DNA from: a virus
IMG/VR virus record: IMGVR_UViG_3300042731_004976
Coordinates: 103,993-167,992 of that record
DNA: 64,000 bases
Reading direction: 5' to 3' (one strand)
How positions within the stretch are numbered: position 1 is the stretch's first letter; every line of letters begins with the position of its first letter. The notes under the pieces were generated by a model. The model saw nothing but the letters and a program-made list of their open reading frames with translations, did not search any database and was not told where the DNA came from. Of this stretch, positions 40,389 to 50,606 are shown one piece after another. Position numbers and translations under genes: made by a program.

Positions 40389-40469
40389 GGGAAGCCTAGG
40401 GCTGTGTCGAAAACCACCACAGACTAGGCAGGCCGTCTCTTTACAAACGACCTGCCTAGCAGGGGTTGA

Positions 40470-40802
40470 TCACTGCTGGGTGGAGCAGGCTTCGCGCTCG
40501 TCGCAAGACTCCATCTCGGCAATGCACTCGGGATGAAGGTCGACGCCGTTCTTCTGGGCGTTCTTGAAAACGTCCGGACACTCGACACCTCCAGGAGTGG
40601 GCTCCCAAAGGTTGCGTCCGTCTCTGGATTGACATCCGAGTTCTTCGAAACGCTGGCATGCAGCTTCGTTGACATCGGGAGTGGGCTCGATGGGTTTGGC
40701 CGGTTCCGTCGTGGGCGCCGGTTTGTCCTCGGGCGTGACTGGGGGTTGAAGCTCGCACGCCAATGCGAATGCGAGAGGGATCAGGAGTAGTAGGGATCTC
40801 AC
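40470..40802 (-). CDS. lipoprotein
   Basis: RSLLLLIPLAFALAC lipobox, Pro-rich linker, Cys domain; GTGA overlap. Confidence 0.65.
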   Translation of the reverse strand: MRSLLLLIPLAFALACELQPPVTPEDKPAPTTEPAKPIEPTPDVNEAACQRFEELGCQSRDGRNLWEPTPGGVECPDVFKNAQKNGVDLHPECIAEMESCDEREACSTQQ

Positions 40803-41614
40803 AGCGTAAACTCCTTTGCGTTGTCGATGGCCCACCAGTCCGTGGCCTGGTTCCAGTTCACCCACTCCCACGCCATGCGGAAGAAGCCCGCGGAGAAGCG
40901 TCCGGTGGGATCGGGACTTCCCCAGTCGAGACCCCACGAGTTTGCGATCCAGAGGCCCTCCTCGTCATAGGCTACGGCGCACATCATGTGTCGTCCGATC
41001 GGAGTCGAACGAGGGATGCCCAGAGTCTCGATGGTAGCCTGGTGATAGTCGTCGAACTTGTCGTCAACCAACGAGCCGAAGACCACGGGATGGTTCTTCG
41101 AGATCGCTGCCTTGACCTCCACGTCACGTCCGTAGAGCAAGCCCCAAATGTTGTAGTAGCCGTCGAGCCACTTCTGATCGATGGCGCCCGAAGTTGCGTC
41201 GTAGTCCGGTTGCGTGTTCACTTTCGAGCGATCGAAAGGCCACAGTTCTTCGGTGCAGAAGCCCATCCCTGCGGCAGCCTTCCACGCTTCACGAGGAACG
41301 CAGCCTCCATCGACGTTCTGAACGCCGGTACGCTTTCGCGTGTGGAAGTAGCCATAGAGGCGGGAGAGGAGCTTGGGATCTGGAACCCCCTTCACCTTCT
41401 GCCCGATGTAGTGCTGCGTCTGGATGGCATTCCACACGCAGGAGTTCGTGTGCCCTTGCTCGTTGATTCCGTGCATGAGGGCGATGAGGTCGAAGTGTTC
41501 CTTTGGGATGTCGGGGGGAACGACGGCTCCGAAGAGCGCCCCGTCGTCACCCACCAACTTCCGATCGCGGTCGTCGATGGGTGACGGCTGAAAGCCTAGA
41601 TTGTGCTTTGCCAA
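40799..41614 (-). CDS. papain-like (C1) cysteine peptidase
   Basis: QGHTNSCVWNA, GRHMMCAVAY, IANSWG; TTG start with GGGAG SD. Confidence 0.85.
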   Translation of the reverse strand: MAKHNLGFQPSPIDDRDRKLVGDDGALFGAVVPPDIPKEHFDLIALMHGINEQGHTNSCVWNAIQTQHYIGQKVKGVPDPKLLSRLYGYFHTRKRTGVQNVDGGCVPREAWKAAAGMGFCTEELWPFDRSKVNTQPDYDATSGAIDQKWLDGYYNIWGLLYGRDVEVKAAISKNHPVVFGSLVDDKFDDYHQATIETLGIPRSTPIGRHMMCAVAYDEEGLWIANSWGLDWGSPDPTGRFSAGFFRMAWEWVNWNQATDWWAIDNAKEFTL

Positions 41615-41627
41615 GGGGCGGCTCCCT

Positions 41628-42002
41628 TCACTTCGAGGCGGGAGCTGCTTCGGCCGGAGCTTCGGCTGGAGCGGCCGGAGCCGGAGCGGGGGAGGGAGTT
41701 TCCGCAGGGGCTGGAGCAGGCTCTGCGCACTTCGGGCACTCCGGGCAAGTGGTTGCTCCTGCTCCTGACATGCTGGCCGTTCGAGCGGCGCCTGCGGCCT
41801 GAGCAGAAGCGAGGTAGCCATCGACGAAGGGACGAAGCTTCTCCTCGGTGTCGCAAACGTCCTTCACAGACAGACCGTGCTGGGTGGCGTAGAGATCGCA
41901 GGCGTTGCGGGCAACGTCGAGGACCGTCTTCGCGACGTCCTTCTGCATCTGGGTGCAGCCTGTTGCCAGGGCGATGGTGGAGATGAGTAGGAACTTCTTC
42001 AT
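41628..42002 (-). CDS. lipoprotein
   Basis: MKKFLLISTIALATGC lipobox; PA-rich tail. Confidence 0.75.
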   Translation of the reverse strand: MKKFLLISTIALATGCTQMQKDVAKTVLDVARNACDLYATQHGLSVKDVCDTEEKLRPFVDGYLASAQAAGAARTASMSGAGATTCPECPKCAEPAPAPAETPSPAPAPAAPAEAPAEAAPASK

Positions 42003-42352
42003 GGCTTGGTACCTTCCGTTTCGTCGACTGTTGGGGTCTCCGGAGATCCGCCACCGAGTTTCTCAGCGACGGCGACGACCTTCTGTTGCTTCTCGGTCAG
42101 CTTGTTCTTGTTCTTGGCGGCTTCCCCCTTGACGGTTTCCTTCGTTGCTTGGACGACCTTCACAGGGTCAAGACCTGAGGCTCGAAGAAGCCGGATGATA
42201 CCAGCAGATCTCGGATACTTCTCAGCGAACGCCACCCATTCTTCTGCCGTCTTCTTGCGGAGGACAATGTTGAGGATTGCAGTGGCCACAGGCCAAACCG
42301 CGATGAGGAAGAAAACGCCATGCTTTTCCCAGAGATCGTTGATGAGTTCCAT
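41999..42352 (-). CDS. small membrane protein (holin-like)
   Basis: AGGAGG SD; N-terminal TM helix; basic C-terminus. Confidence 0.55.
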   Translation of the reverse strand: MELINDLWEKHGVFFLIAVWPVATAILNIVLRKKTAEEWVAFAEKYPRSAGIIRLLRASGLDPVKVVQATKETVKGEAAKNKNKLTEKQQKVVAVAEKLGGGSPETPTVDETEGTKP

Positions 42353-42454
42353 TCGATCCTCCTTGTAGCGGAAGCATAGCTCAAAGGAGATCTTAGGTGA
42401 AACCCTGCTCCCTTGTTCGACAATCGGGTTACTATTGGGTATGCTCCGGAGCAG

Positions 42455-43060
42455 ATGAGTCAGGCGACATTGTTCAGCGAAGAGGATCTTCGGGGACCGA
42501 GAGGCGCTCCGGAGGTAGATCGTTTGCGTGACGTGGCCTTGAGCTGCAAGGCGTGTCGCTTGTGTGAGAGTCGTACGAAGGTGGTTTTTGGATCTGGCAA
42601 ACCATCCAAGCCGCGGATCGCCTTCGTAGGAGAGGCCCCTGGGAAGAACGAAGACGAGACGGGGGAGCCCTTCATAGGCAAGGCAGGGATTCTGCTGGAC
42701 AGCATGATTTCCGCGATGAAATTGAAGAGAGACGATCTCTATATCTGCAACGTGGTCAACTGCCGACCGCCTGAAAACCGTACCCCCTATCCCGATGAGG
42801 TGGTGGCCTGCTCGCCCTTCCTCTTCGGACAGCTCCGTGCTGTCGAGCCCGAGTGCATCGTAGCTCTCGGAGCCTCTGCCGCGCGCGCCTTGCTGAGGGC
42901 AAAGCGCAGCATCAAAGACATGCGGGGGAAGTGGCACGATTGGGAAGGCATTCCCCTGCGCGTCACCTTCCACCCAGCATTCCTCCTCCGCGACCCACAA
43001 AAGAAGCGGGAAGCGTGGGGGGACCTCCAAGAGGTTATGGCTAAGCTACGGATATCGTAG
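42455..43060 (+). CDS. uracil-DNA glycosylase, family 4
   Basis: CKACRLC, VGEAPG, PFIGKAG, NVVNCRPPENR, TFHPAFLLR. Confidence 0.93.
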   Translation: MSQATLFSEEDLRGPRGAPEVDRLRDVALSCKACRLCESRTKVVFGSGKPSKPRIAFVGEAPGKNEDETGEPFIGKAGILLDSMISAMKLKRDDLYICNVVNCRPPENRTPYPDEVVACSPFLFGQLRAVEPECIVALGASAARALLRAKRSIKDMRGKWHDWEGIPLRVTFHPAFLLRDPQKKREAWGDLQEVMAKLRIS

Positions 43061-43611
43061 CTTTTTTGAGGGAGTCCTAACCTCTTACCTCAACTGTGAT
43101 ATACCAAAGGAGCGAAAAATTGTCAGAAGCAGCGACTGCTCAAGAAGCCTCCTCCTCAGAGGCACCGCGATGCATCGGTTGCGGCAAGCCCGTGACCACC
43201 GGCAAGACGTATCTCATTCTCACGGGTAAGACCAACGACGGTGAGTTCCGAGAGACGGGTACGTACGGTCACATCCACCAACCTTGTTTCGTTCGCGCGG
43301 TGGAGTCCCCACGCTCTGTGCTCGACGAGATCCAGAGGATCGCCAAGTCGGCACCGAAGGGGAGACTGCGAAAGGTCAAATGAGGCGGCGCCTACCTCGC
43401 CTCCGGCAGATTCGGCTCGACGTGGAAATGGAAGGGCATAAGCCCGGCACTCCCGTGTTCGAAGCGAAGGTGCGCCAGAAGCAGGTGAGCCTGTGTCAGG
43501 AGCTACAGCTCGTCCCGAACTGTCTCTCCTGCCCCGCCTACGATGATTGCGAGATTGTGAAGGCCCATCTTAGGGACATTCGCTTCGGTGTTCCTGGCGT
43601 GGAGGTGAAGG

Positions 43612-43887
43612 ATGCAACAGGTACAAGAGTCGGACACACGTGAGCTACTTACGGATGTGATCCGTGCGCTAGTCGATGTGCCTGGTGAGGTGCGCGTCGA
43701 AGAGCGTCGGAGCCGACACGAGTCCCACATGATCATCGACGTCTCTCCGAGAGACCGAGGCAAGATCGTTGGAAAACGGGGTGCTACCGTGCAGTCTCTT
43801 CGGGTGCTGTTCGGACGCATCGCTGCGGTAGAAGGACGTAAGATCTTCATCAACCTATCGGACGACGACCGCTTTCGCGCGGCCTGA
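43612..43887 (+). CDS. khpA: KH-domain RNA-binding protein (KhpA-like)
   Basis: LVDVPGEV...DRGKIVGKRGAT. Confidence 0.8.
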   Translation: MQQVQESDTRELLTDVIRALVDVPGEVRVEERRSRHESHMIIDVSPRDRGKIVGKRGATVQSLRVLFGRIAAVEGRKIFINLSDDDRFRAA

Positions 43888-44460
43888 ACGGACTGCATGG
43901 ACCCAGCCAACATCATCTGGCTCCTTATTGGAGGAGCAGGCTCTCTCACGATCGCTTTCGGAGTACAAACCTTCCTCGCACGACGCGCGTCGAGTGAAGA
44001 CGTGAACGAAGAGCCCCCTACCCCGGAGAACCGTCGCATGCCTCAACACGAAGATCCGTTCGATGCCGCCTTCGATGCTCTCGACGAATCCGAGAGTCCC
44101 ACAGACGCAGCGCTCTCCCACAACGTGTTTCCTCTTCCTCCTCGCGCGGCGGATCTCCGACCAAAGCGCCAGCCTCCCCCTCCTCAGGAGACCTCCGTGT
44201 CTGCAATCCAAACTCAAGTCCCGAACCACCCCTGCCGCTACATCGATGGAGTCTATCCACCCCACTACCGAGAGGGCGAGTGTCAGGGAACGTGCAGGCA
44301 CAACCAGCAGCCGGGTCGGCTCTGTTTTTGGGTAGCGAACACAGCAACCCAGTGCGGCTACTTTCACCCGAAGGTCGTGCCCACCATGAGCATCAGGAAG
44401 AAAGCCGCGGGGTGATTCCCCTCCTCTGAGTGCAGTCTACGCGAGCCTAACGTCCGACGA

Positions 44461-44489
44461 TTGACAATCCTATTCCTTACGGGTATGGT
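44461..44489 (+). promoter_or_regulatory. sigma70-type promoter
   Basis: TTGACA-N17-TATGGT. Confidence 0.75.
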
Positions 44490-45398
44490 TGCCCGTATGA
44501 ACGCTCAGTCCGCAGTAGAGAACAGGGTATTGTCATCCGCACACCGGATAGGAAGTTGATCGCGAAGCTTCGCTTCGAGGACTACAGGAGAAGCACATGA
44601 GTCTGCCCGAAGGCGAGTGCCCGGAGTGCGGTGCTTGCATGGTCCCGCTGGGATCGGGCTGGCTTTGGGGTTGGTTGTGCTTAGCTTGTGGCTTCGAACG
44701 GAGGTACCAGTGACGATCGACATCGAGGTGACTCTCAACCGCTTCGGTTTCGAGCGGGTTGCACCGAACAAGGTGCAGATTGCTTTCCTACGGATTGCCT
44801 GGTGGCAGATCGCCACGAAGCACTCGATGGGCATCGAGGTCAACTGGCGAAGGGACTTTTCGAAATGAATCGCTCAGCTCTGCGGGTTCGCAGGTTCGTT
44901 GTCGGGCTCTACTATCTTGCAATGGGATGGGTCGTCTATGGGGCGATCCTTCAGCCGTTACTATCGTTCGAGCAGTGCGCTTTGCTAGGTATCTTTCTAC
45001 TCTCGGTCGGGAGGCCGCCGTGAAGGATCAAGAACCTGATGAGATCGAGTTAGCCGCTATCAGCATCTTCGCTCGACTCAAGAGACTCTCGTTCCACGAG
45101 CAGCTTGAGGTGCTGGCCCTTGCCGCCCACATGCTGTTCGTCAGAGCCGTCAGGAGAGGCGTGTGAACTACGTCGAGGAGCTATCGCGACTCATTCGAGA
45201 GTCGGGGCTGCGTGCTACCTTCGACATGCAGCGCGACATCACCAAGCCCTGTGTGGTCTGTGGAGAGAAGGACGAGCCGCGAAACTTGAGACGTGTTGGA
45301 ACGTACACAGATCCCCAGAAGGGTAACCTACGTCGCGGAGATGCCATCACGAGGCCCGTATGCAAACCCTGCCAACAAGAGCTGGGCTTGGAGGAAGA

Positions 45399-45932
45399 AT
45401 GAACCCAGGAGAGATGACCGAGATCGGTAGGAATGCCGAATGCAGCCTACGCGAGCTTCTGGACTCGCCTCACGAGATGTGGGAGTCGCTGGACGTTGAC
45501 TACGAACCTCCTCATGTCGAGCGTGTATGGTGCACTCTGATGGATCTCCGTGTGAGTCTGCATCGCATTCATCCGTGCGAGAAAGCGCTCTACCATCCGC
45601 ACCCTTGGCCCGCGTGGGTGAGGATCCTCACAGGTAACTACGAGATGGGTATCGCCTACGGTACCGATCGCGAGAACCTCCACGAGGTAGCGCGCACGCG
45701 CCTGTGGTCGGATTCTGAGTACGAGATGGTGCACCCCCACGGATGGCACTACGTCCGACCCATCGGAGGTTTCAGCTTGAGTCTCATGGTGACAGCGCCT
45801 CCGTGGAAAGGTGCTCTTCCGAACGAGGACTTCGGAGGCAGCGCTGATCTCGGGCCTTTGGATCAAGAGGACAAGCTGGAGATCCTCAACGCCTTTCGCT
45901 CCCTGCTTGGTTTCGGTACACCCGTACCTTGA
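45399..45932 (+). CDS. cupin-fold protein
   Basis: LYHPHPWP...ILTGNYE...GWHYV. Confidence 0.6.
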   Translation: MNPGEMTEIGRNAECSLRELLDSPHEMWESLDVDYEPPHVERVWCTLMDLRVSLHRIHPCEKALYHPHPWPAWVRILTGNYEMGIAYGTDRENLHEVARTRLWSDSEYEMVHPHGWHYVRPIGGFSLSLMVTAPPWKGALPNEDFGGSADLGPLDQEDKLEILNAFRSLLGFGTPVP

Positions 45933-45962
45933 CCCCTGTCGGTAGGTCGCGTTCCCTGATAA

Positions 45963-46066
45963 GGAGGAGGGGAGAGCAGAAGAGACAGGGGAATTCCTCC
46001 GCAAAGAATCCACCATAGAAACCCAGGGAATATTGATCCCCAGTCCCTTCTGCTCTCCCCTCCTCC
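45963..46066. repeat. 20-bp perfect inverted repeat (long hairpin)
   Basis: GGAGGAGGGGAGAGCAGAAG (45963-45982) / CTTCTGCTCTCCCCTCCTCC (46047-46066). Confidence 0.9.
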
Positions 46067-46079
46067 GCGGGAGGGGAGA

Positions 46080-47057
46080 TCAGAACTTGGGGGGTTCGTC
46101 GTCCTCGGGCTTGTTTTCGGCTTCGAAGACCTTGAAGAACTCGGAGCGGGTGAGGTTTTGCCACACCGCGACCAGGCGACCGTCGGCGCCCTTCATGACC
46201 TTGTAGATGAGATCGCCGTTTTCATCGTCGCGCTTCTTGACCTCGTGAACGAAGAACCTGATCCACTGACCTTCTTCGACCCAGATCGCACGGTAGTAAC
46301 GATCCTCATCCTTGGCGACTTTGCATCCAGAGCGTCCTGAGGATAGGAAGCACTCGTTTCCGGCCGAGTCTGTGACCAACTGCGGGTGAGATCGGTTGGT
46401 GAAGATTTCGTGTACTAGGCATCCGGTAGTTACCAGTTTCCCGTTCCGGTGGATCGTGGCACTTCCGAAGATCAGTACTGCTACTTCTTGTCCGTCTCCG
46501 GAGTCGATGTAGGACAGCGGGTTCTTCAGATCACCTCCGCCAAGGAAGTTCGGGTAGCTGCCCTCGTCCTCGTAGGTCATGTCGCAGAACCCCTGCATGC
46601 TTGCTTCCATTAGCTGCTTGCAAGTATCTGCGACTGCGTCGAGCACGGAGCGCTCCTTGTTTGCCTCCTGCATCTTCTGGATGGGGTTCGGTGGCGCGAC
46701 GGCTGCGTCTGGTGTGGCCAGCGCCGCTGCCTTTGCCGGAACCTCGGGTTCCTTGGGAGTTTCCGAACTCCCTGGCGAGGAGTCCTCTTCGACGGCGTTG
46801 TTCTTCTTCAGCGCGTCGATGACGAGCTGAGGCATCAGCTCAGGAGGCAATCCCGTTGTCAGCTTCTGAAGCAGTAGGCGTGAATGCCACCTGCCCCCAT
46901 TGGCAACGAAGTCGAGTTTGGAAGCCACGCTCGCCGCCCAGGCAGCCCGGTAATCCGGGGGGACGTGAACGATTGCTTCATCCAAGGCCACCTGCATGAT
47001 CTCAGCAGAATAGCCCTTCTTGGTAGACCCCTGAGAGGTCTTCGCGATGTCCGTCAT
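46080..47057 (-). CDS. hypothetical protein
   Basis: Long coherent ORF; upstream TTGACC-N17-TACTCA and a structured leader. Confidence 0.7.
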   Translation of the reverse strand: MTDIAKTSQGSTKKGYSAEIMQVALDEAIVHVPPDYRAAWAASVASKLDFVANGGRWHSRLLLQKLTTGLPPELMPQLVIDALKKNNAVEEDSSPGSSETPKEPEVPAKAAALATPDAAVAPPNPIQKMQEANKERSVLDAVADTCKQLMEASMQGFCDMTYEDEGSYPNFLGGGDLKNPLSYIDSGDGQEVAVLIFGSATIHRNGKLVTTGCLVHEIFTNRSHPQLVTDSAGNECFLSSGRSGCKVAKDEDRYYRAIWVEEGQWIRFFVHEVKKRDDENGDLIYKVMKGADGRLVAVWQNLTRSEFFKVFEAENKPEDDEPPKF

Positions 47058-47320
47058 TGTCTAGCGTCTCTCTACGTCCTCGAAGGAACGTTGTGCGAGT
47101 TACTGGTCGATTGGTGGATTCTTCGCGATGACTAAGCCGACAGTTCCTGAACTCCGAGAAGGCGCGCCCTTCCTGTTCAGGCCGACCCCTTGCGGGGGTC
47201 TCGTTACTTCAGACTTTGAGTACGGAAAACTTCCGTAGGGGTCAATGCTATTTTGTAGAAGCCGCAAAAGCAGCAAAAAAGCTGCCGCTTCGTGCCCACC
47301 TTGACAATCCCCTGAGCGCT

Positions 47321-47623
47321 CTATGTCTCGGCGTCGGGCACGAGATGCACCTCTTCCCACTCCTGAAGAGGGATGGTCTTGCCCGCGTAGGAGTGTGTGC
47401 AATCCGACAGGTACTGCACCTTCCCCTCTCGGATGAACACGTGGCAGAGGTGGATGCTGCGTACGCGGATGGAGGGGTTCACACTCGGTCCCTTGGGGAG
47501 CTGCGTGACCTTCCAGATCTTTGCGTCGACCCAGTGGTACATCTGGCAGCCCGGACACCACCACGTGTGCGTGATGTTGGGATGCGACTTCAGGATCAAA
47601 TCTCGGCGTACGCGCTCGTGCAC
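47321..47623 (-). CDS. DUF6527-like Zn-binding protein
   Basis: WCPGCQMYH...PSVNPSI...CHVFIREGKVQYLSDCTH. Confidence 0.65.
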   Translation of the reverse strand: MHERVRRDLILKSHPNITHTWWCPGCQMYHWVDAKIWKVTQLPKGPSVNPSIRVRSIHLCHVFIREGKVQYLSDCTHSYAGKTIPLQEWEEVHLVPDAET

Positions 47624-47633
47624 GGAAAACTCC

Positions 47634-48074
47634 CTAATTGTCGAAGCTCTGTTTGTCGTCGAGGAACGCCATGAACTTGGTCCTCCCTCGAATGCGTCCG
47701 GGTTCGAGGAGATCGAGAAGCTCGGGCTTGAGCTTGGTGAGACGCAGTAGCGCCAAGCCTTCGGGAGGGCACTTCACTTCCCACCGCTTGAGGGTTCCGA
47801 AGGGTAGGGACAGAACCCGTTCGAAGTACGGATCTGTGATGCCTTGGCCCCGGAGTCCTTGGATCAAAAGGAAGGCGACGTGTTGCCTCGCTCGTCCCAA
47901 CGCTTCCTCGATCGCATCGTCGTTGTCTCCCCAGTAGAGGTGGCAGCTAGCGCATGTGTGGAAGGTGCCCACGTAGGTAACCCCGCCCTCCATCGGGAGG
48001 ATGGCTTGGTCCTTGTGGGTTTGGATCTCGTCGTCCTTGGCCCCGCACGCGGGGCATTCTACTTCGTCCGCCAT
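47634..48074 (-). CDS. MqsA-like Zn-finger/HTH protein
   Basis: CPACG...CASC, then FERVLSLPFGTLKRWE...LLRL...PELL. Confidence 0.6.
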   Translation of the reverse strand: MADEVECPACGAKDDEIQTHKDQAILPMEGGVTYVGTFHTCASCHLYWGDNDDAIEEALGRARQHVAFLLIQGLRGQGITDPYFERVLSLPFGTLKRWEVKCPPEGLALLRLTKLKPELLDLLEPGRIRGRTKFMAFLDDKQSFDN

Positions 48075-48157
48075 GGCCCGAGAGTCTACCAGATGCTGCC
48101 TTTGCGTGGACGTACGGTCTTCTTGACAATCGCTCCCCTTTGGGTTGGACTGGCGTG

Positions 48158-49447
48158 ATGCACTCTGAGAGTCGGACGCTCCGCGAGGGGGCGTCTCCTC
48201 CGTTGGAGCCTGCGCAGGCGGTTGCTGCGCTGGGCCTGGATTTGTCTCCTGACCAGAAGGAGGTTTTCCACAGCCTCTATGATTGGATGGGGGCTCGGAA
48301 GTCCGGAACACTCACCTTCGGTGGGTACGCTGGCACGGGTAAGACCACGCTAGTGAGCGTGTTGGCAAAGGCGTTCGATCCTCAGCGCAAGATCGCCTTC
48401 TGCGCGCTCAGCGGTCGAGCTGCTTCGGTGTTGCGGGGCAAGTTGCTAGACATCGGCATCCGCACAGGCGAGGGAACGGATCACTACTGTGGCACGATTC
48501 ACGGACTGCTCTACAGAGCGAAGACGGATCGCAATGGGAGAATCGTCGGATGGATGCGTAACCCTTCCGTGCAGGAATACGCGACCATCATTTTGGATGA
48601 AGCCTCGATGGTTTCGGAAGGGGTGTACAAGGACTTGGCATCGGAGGGCGTACCGATCCTTGCAGTAGGAGACCACGGTCAGTTGTCCCCGGTAGAGGGG
48701 CGTCGAGACTTCGGGCTGATGTTGAAACCGCAGTTGACGCTCACCAAGATTCACCGACAGGCCGAAGGAAGTCCGATCATCAAGTTGTCCCAGACCATCC
48801 GAGAGACCGGAGGGTTCAGTGCGAGCGTTGCAGATAAGGAGTCCATTTGGGTAGCGGGGAAGTCACATCTGAAGACTGCGATCAATCACTTGGCGAAAGA
48901 GCCTGCCGAGCATCTTTTGGACCGCGCGTTCCTCTGCTATCGAAACGCTACTAGATCCCAGGTCAACAACTTGTTCCGTGCTGCGCGCTTTGGTGGATCT
49001 CCTCCTGAGAATCCCCAGCAAGGCGAGCTGGCGATCTGTCTGAAGAACAGCAAGAACGAGGGCGTGTACAACGGCTATCGCGGAGTCGTTACGAAAACGT
49101 TCAAGCTACAGGGAGAGCATCACTTCAAGGGCAGCGTCGACTTCCCCTCGGAGAACCTGACGATGAACGGGGCTCGCTTCTCTCGATGGCAGTGGGGGTA
49201 CCCCAAGACCTTCAGTGGCTTCGACGAGATGCACGAGTACGGGTTCTCGCCTTCGAAGTGGGATCAAGTCGGCCACCTGTTTGACTTCGGGTACTGCCTG
49301 ACGGTACACAAGGCGCAAGGTAGCCAGTTCAGCCGTGTGTTCATCGTAGTCGAGCGCCCGGGTCCCGTGGACGATGACACGTTCCGCCGATGGCTCTACA
49401 CAGCGGTGACACGGGCTGAGGAGCGCGTGTTCCTCTTCCAGGGGTGA
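48158..49447 (+). CDS. SF1B helicase (RecD/Dda-like)
   Basis: GYAGTGKTT, ILDEASMV, VGDHGQL, IHRQ, TVHKAQGSQF, LYTAVTRA. Confidence 0.92.
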   Translation: MHSESRTLREGASPPLEPAQAVAALGLDLSPDQKEVFHSLYDWMGARKSGTLTFGGYAGTGKTTLVSVLAKAFDPQRKIAFCALSGRAASVLRGKLLDIGIRTGEGTDHYCGTIHGLLYRAKTDRNGRIVGWMRNPSVQEYATIILDEASMVSEGVYKDLASEGVPILAVGDHGQLSPVEGRRDFGLMLKPQLTLTKIHRQAEGSPIIKLSQTIRETGGFSASVADKESIWVAGKSHLKTAINHLAKEPAEHLLDRAFLCYRNATRSQVNNLFRAARFGGSPPENPQQGELAICLKNSKNEGVYNGYRGVVTKTFKLQGEHHFKGSVDFPSENLTMNGARFSRWQWGYPKTFSGFDEMHEYGFSPSKWDQVGHLFDFGYCLTVHKAQGSQFSRVFIVVERPGPVDDDTFRRWLYTAVTRAEERVFLFQG

Positions 49448-49450
49448 GGA

Positions 49451-49816
49451 CTAGGAGTCGTTCCAGGTCTCGTCTCGGAGAGGTATGTCGGTCGACACCT
49501 TTCGGAGAATGTTCACCGAGGTCCTATTCACCTCGTCAGCCGGGAACGTCTGGTAGTTGCCTACCTGCGTGATCAGAAAGACGCTGTCCGTGCCCGAGGG
49601 CTTGATCACGAAGTAGTACTCGTTGTAGTGAAAGGTCGGATCCGTACGGGTGTCCTGAGTCCAGCCGGGACCCAAGCGACGTCGGATCTCATCCGCCAGC
49701 TTCTTCATGTAGTCGCTGGATACAGCGGCCTCGGTCAGAGTCGGAAACCTCCGAGTGATGCCCGCGCGCTCACGGAACTCTTTCGGATCCAGTTCTACGC
49801 CTTCCAGGATCTTCAT
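49451..49816 (-). CDS. MKIxE-leader protein 4
   Basis: MKILEGVELDPKEFRERAGITRRFPTLTEA; upstream TGGTAGGCT. Confidence 0.75.
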   Translation of the reverse strand: MKILEGVELDPKEFRERAGITRRFPTLTEAAVSSDYMKKLADEIRRRLGPGWTQDTRTDPTFHYNEYYFVIKPSGTDSVFLITQVGNYQTFPADEVNRTSVNILRKVSTDIPLRDETWNDS

Positions 49817-50326
49817 GGGAGAAGCCTACCACGGCGGTCGCGTCAGAAGCCAGAGCGCGAGTCCGTGGTAGTCCTCCCAGGATTTCTGTTGATCTCTCTG
49901 TACTTCCTCGTCGTCCGGCTCTGCGAACTGAGAGACGAAGCGCACGAGAAACCCGGTCTCTTCCCCCAGAGGCGTTGGATCTCGATCCCGTTTGCCGTAC
50001 AGCATCCGGTTCGGCCAGCGACCCCCTCGCTCAAATCCCCAGTCCACGGCTCCTCGGCGGACGCAGAGGACGTCGATCGACTCCCGGAACCCTGCGTCAG
50101 GGCCTCCTAGAAAAGCGCACAGCGCCTCAGCTCGGGCCTCCGTGGGGAAAGGATCAGAGATGAACTCGTGTCTGGCTGTCTCGCTGGTGCGTCCCATACA
50201 CGAGAGACGCCGAGCGACTCACGCATCTGACACAGGGTCCGCAGATTTCTGAGGGGCTCCCGCCTGCTCCAGGCGGTGCCGTTCGAGCCGCTCGCTCGAA
50301 GGGGTCGAGGTCGCAGTCCCCGATCT

Positions 50327-50596
50327 TCATCGTACCGGTTTCCACTCGGAGACCGCAGCTTCGAGCTTGTCGATCGCGAAGTAGACCTGCTCGCGTTCCT
50401 TGAGCGAATCGAGCGAGCGGCTCTCGCTCAAACTCCAGAGGCGCGAGGCAGACTCTTTGGCGTCGGCCAACGCCTTCTGGAGCATGGCGATGTGACGACG
50501 CTCGGGAGAGACTGCTTCCTCGATCGGCTTCTTCTTGCCCACGCCTCTCGTGAGCTTTCTGAATTCGTCGATGTCTAGACCTGGGATTTTCGGCAC
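50327..50596 (-). CDS. protein with divergent leader
   Basis: MPKIPGLDIDEFRKLTRGVGKKKPIEEA; SD GGAG; follows leader protein 5. Confidence 0.55.
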   Translation of the reverse strand: MPKIPGLDIDEFRKLTRGVGKKKPIEEAVSPERRHIAMLQKALADAKESASRLWSLSESRSLDSLKEREQVYFAIDKLEAAVSEWKPVR

Positions 50597-50606
50597 CTTC
50601 GTTCTC

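Noticed and set aside
47301-47330. TTGACAATCC as a promoter
   Set aside because: No acceptable -10 at 17 bp, and it points antisense into a minus-strand gene
50154-50330. MKIGDCDLDP as a further MKIxE leader member
   Set aside because: Lacks the conserved Glu residues, the AG and the [LM]xEA end, and has no class-2 promoter; likely chance or heavily decayed
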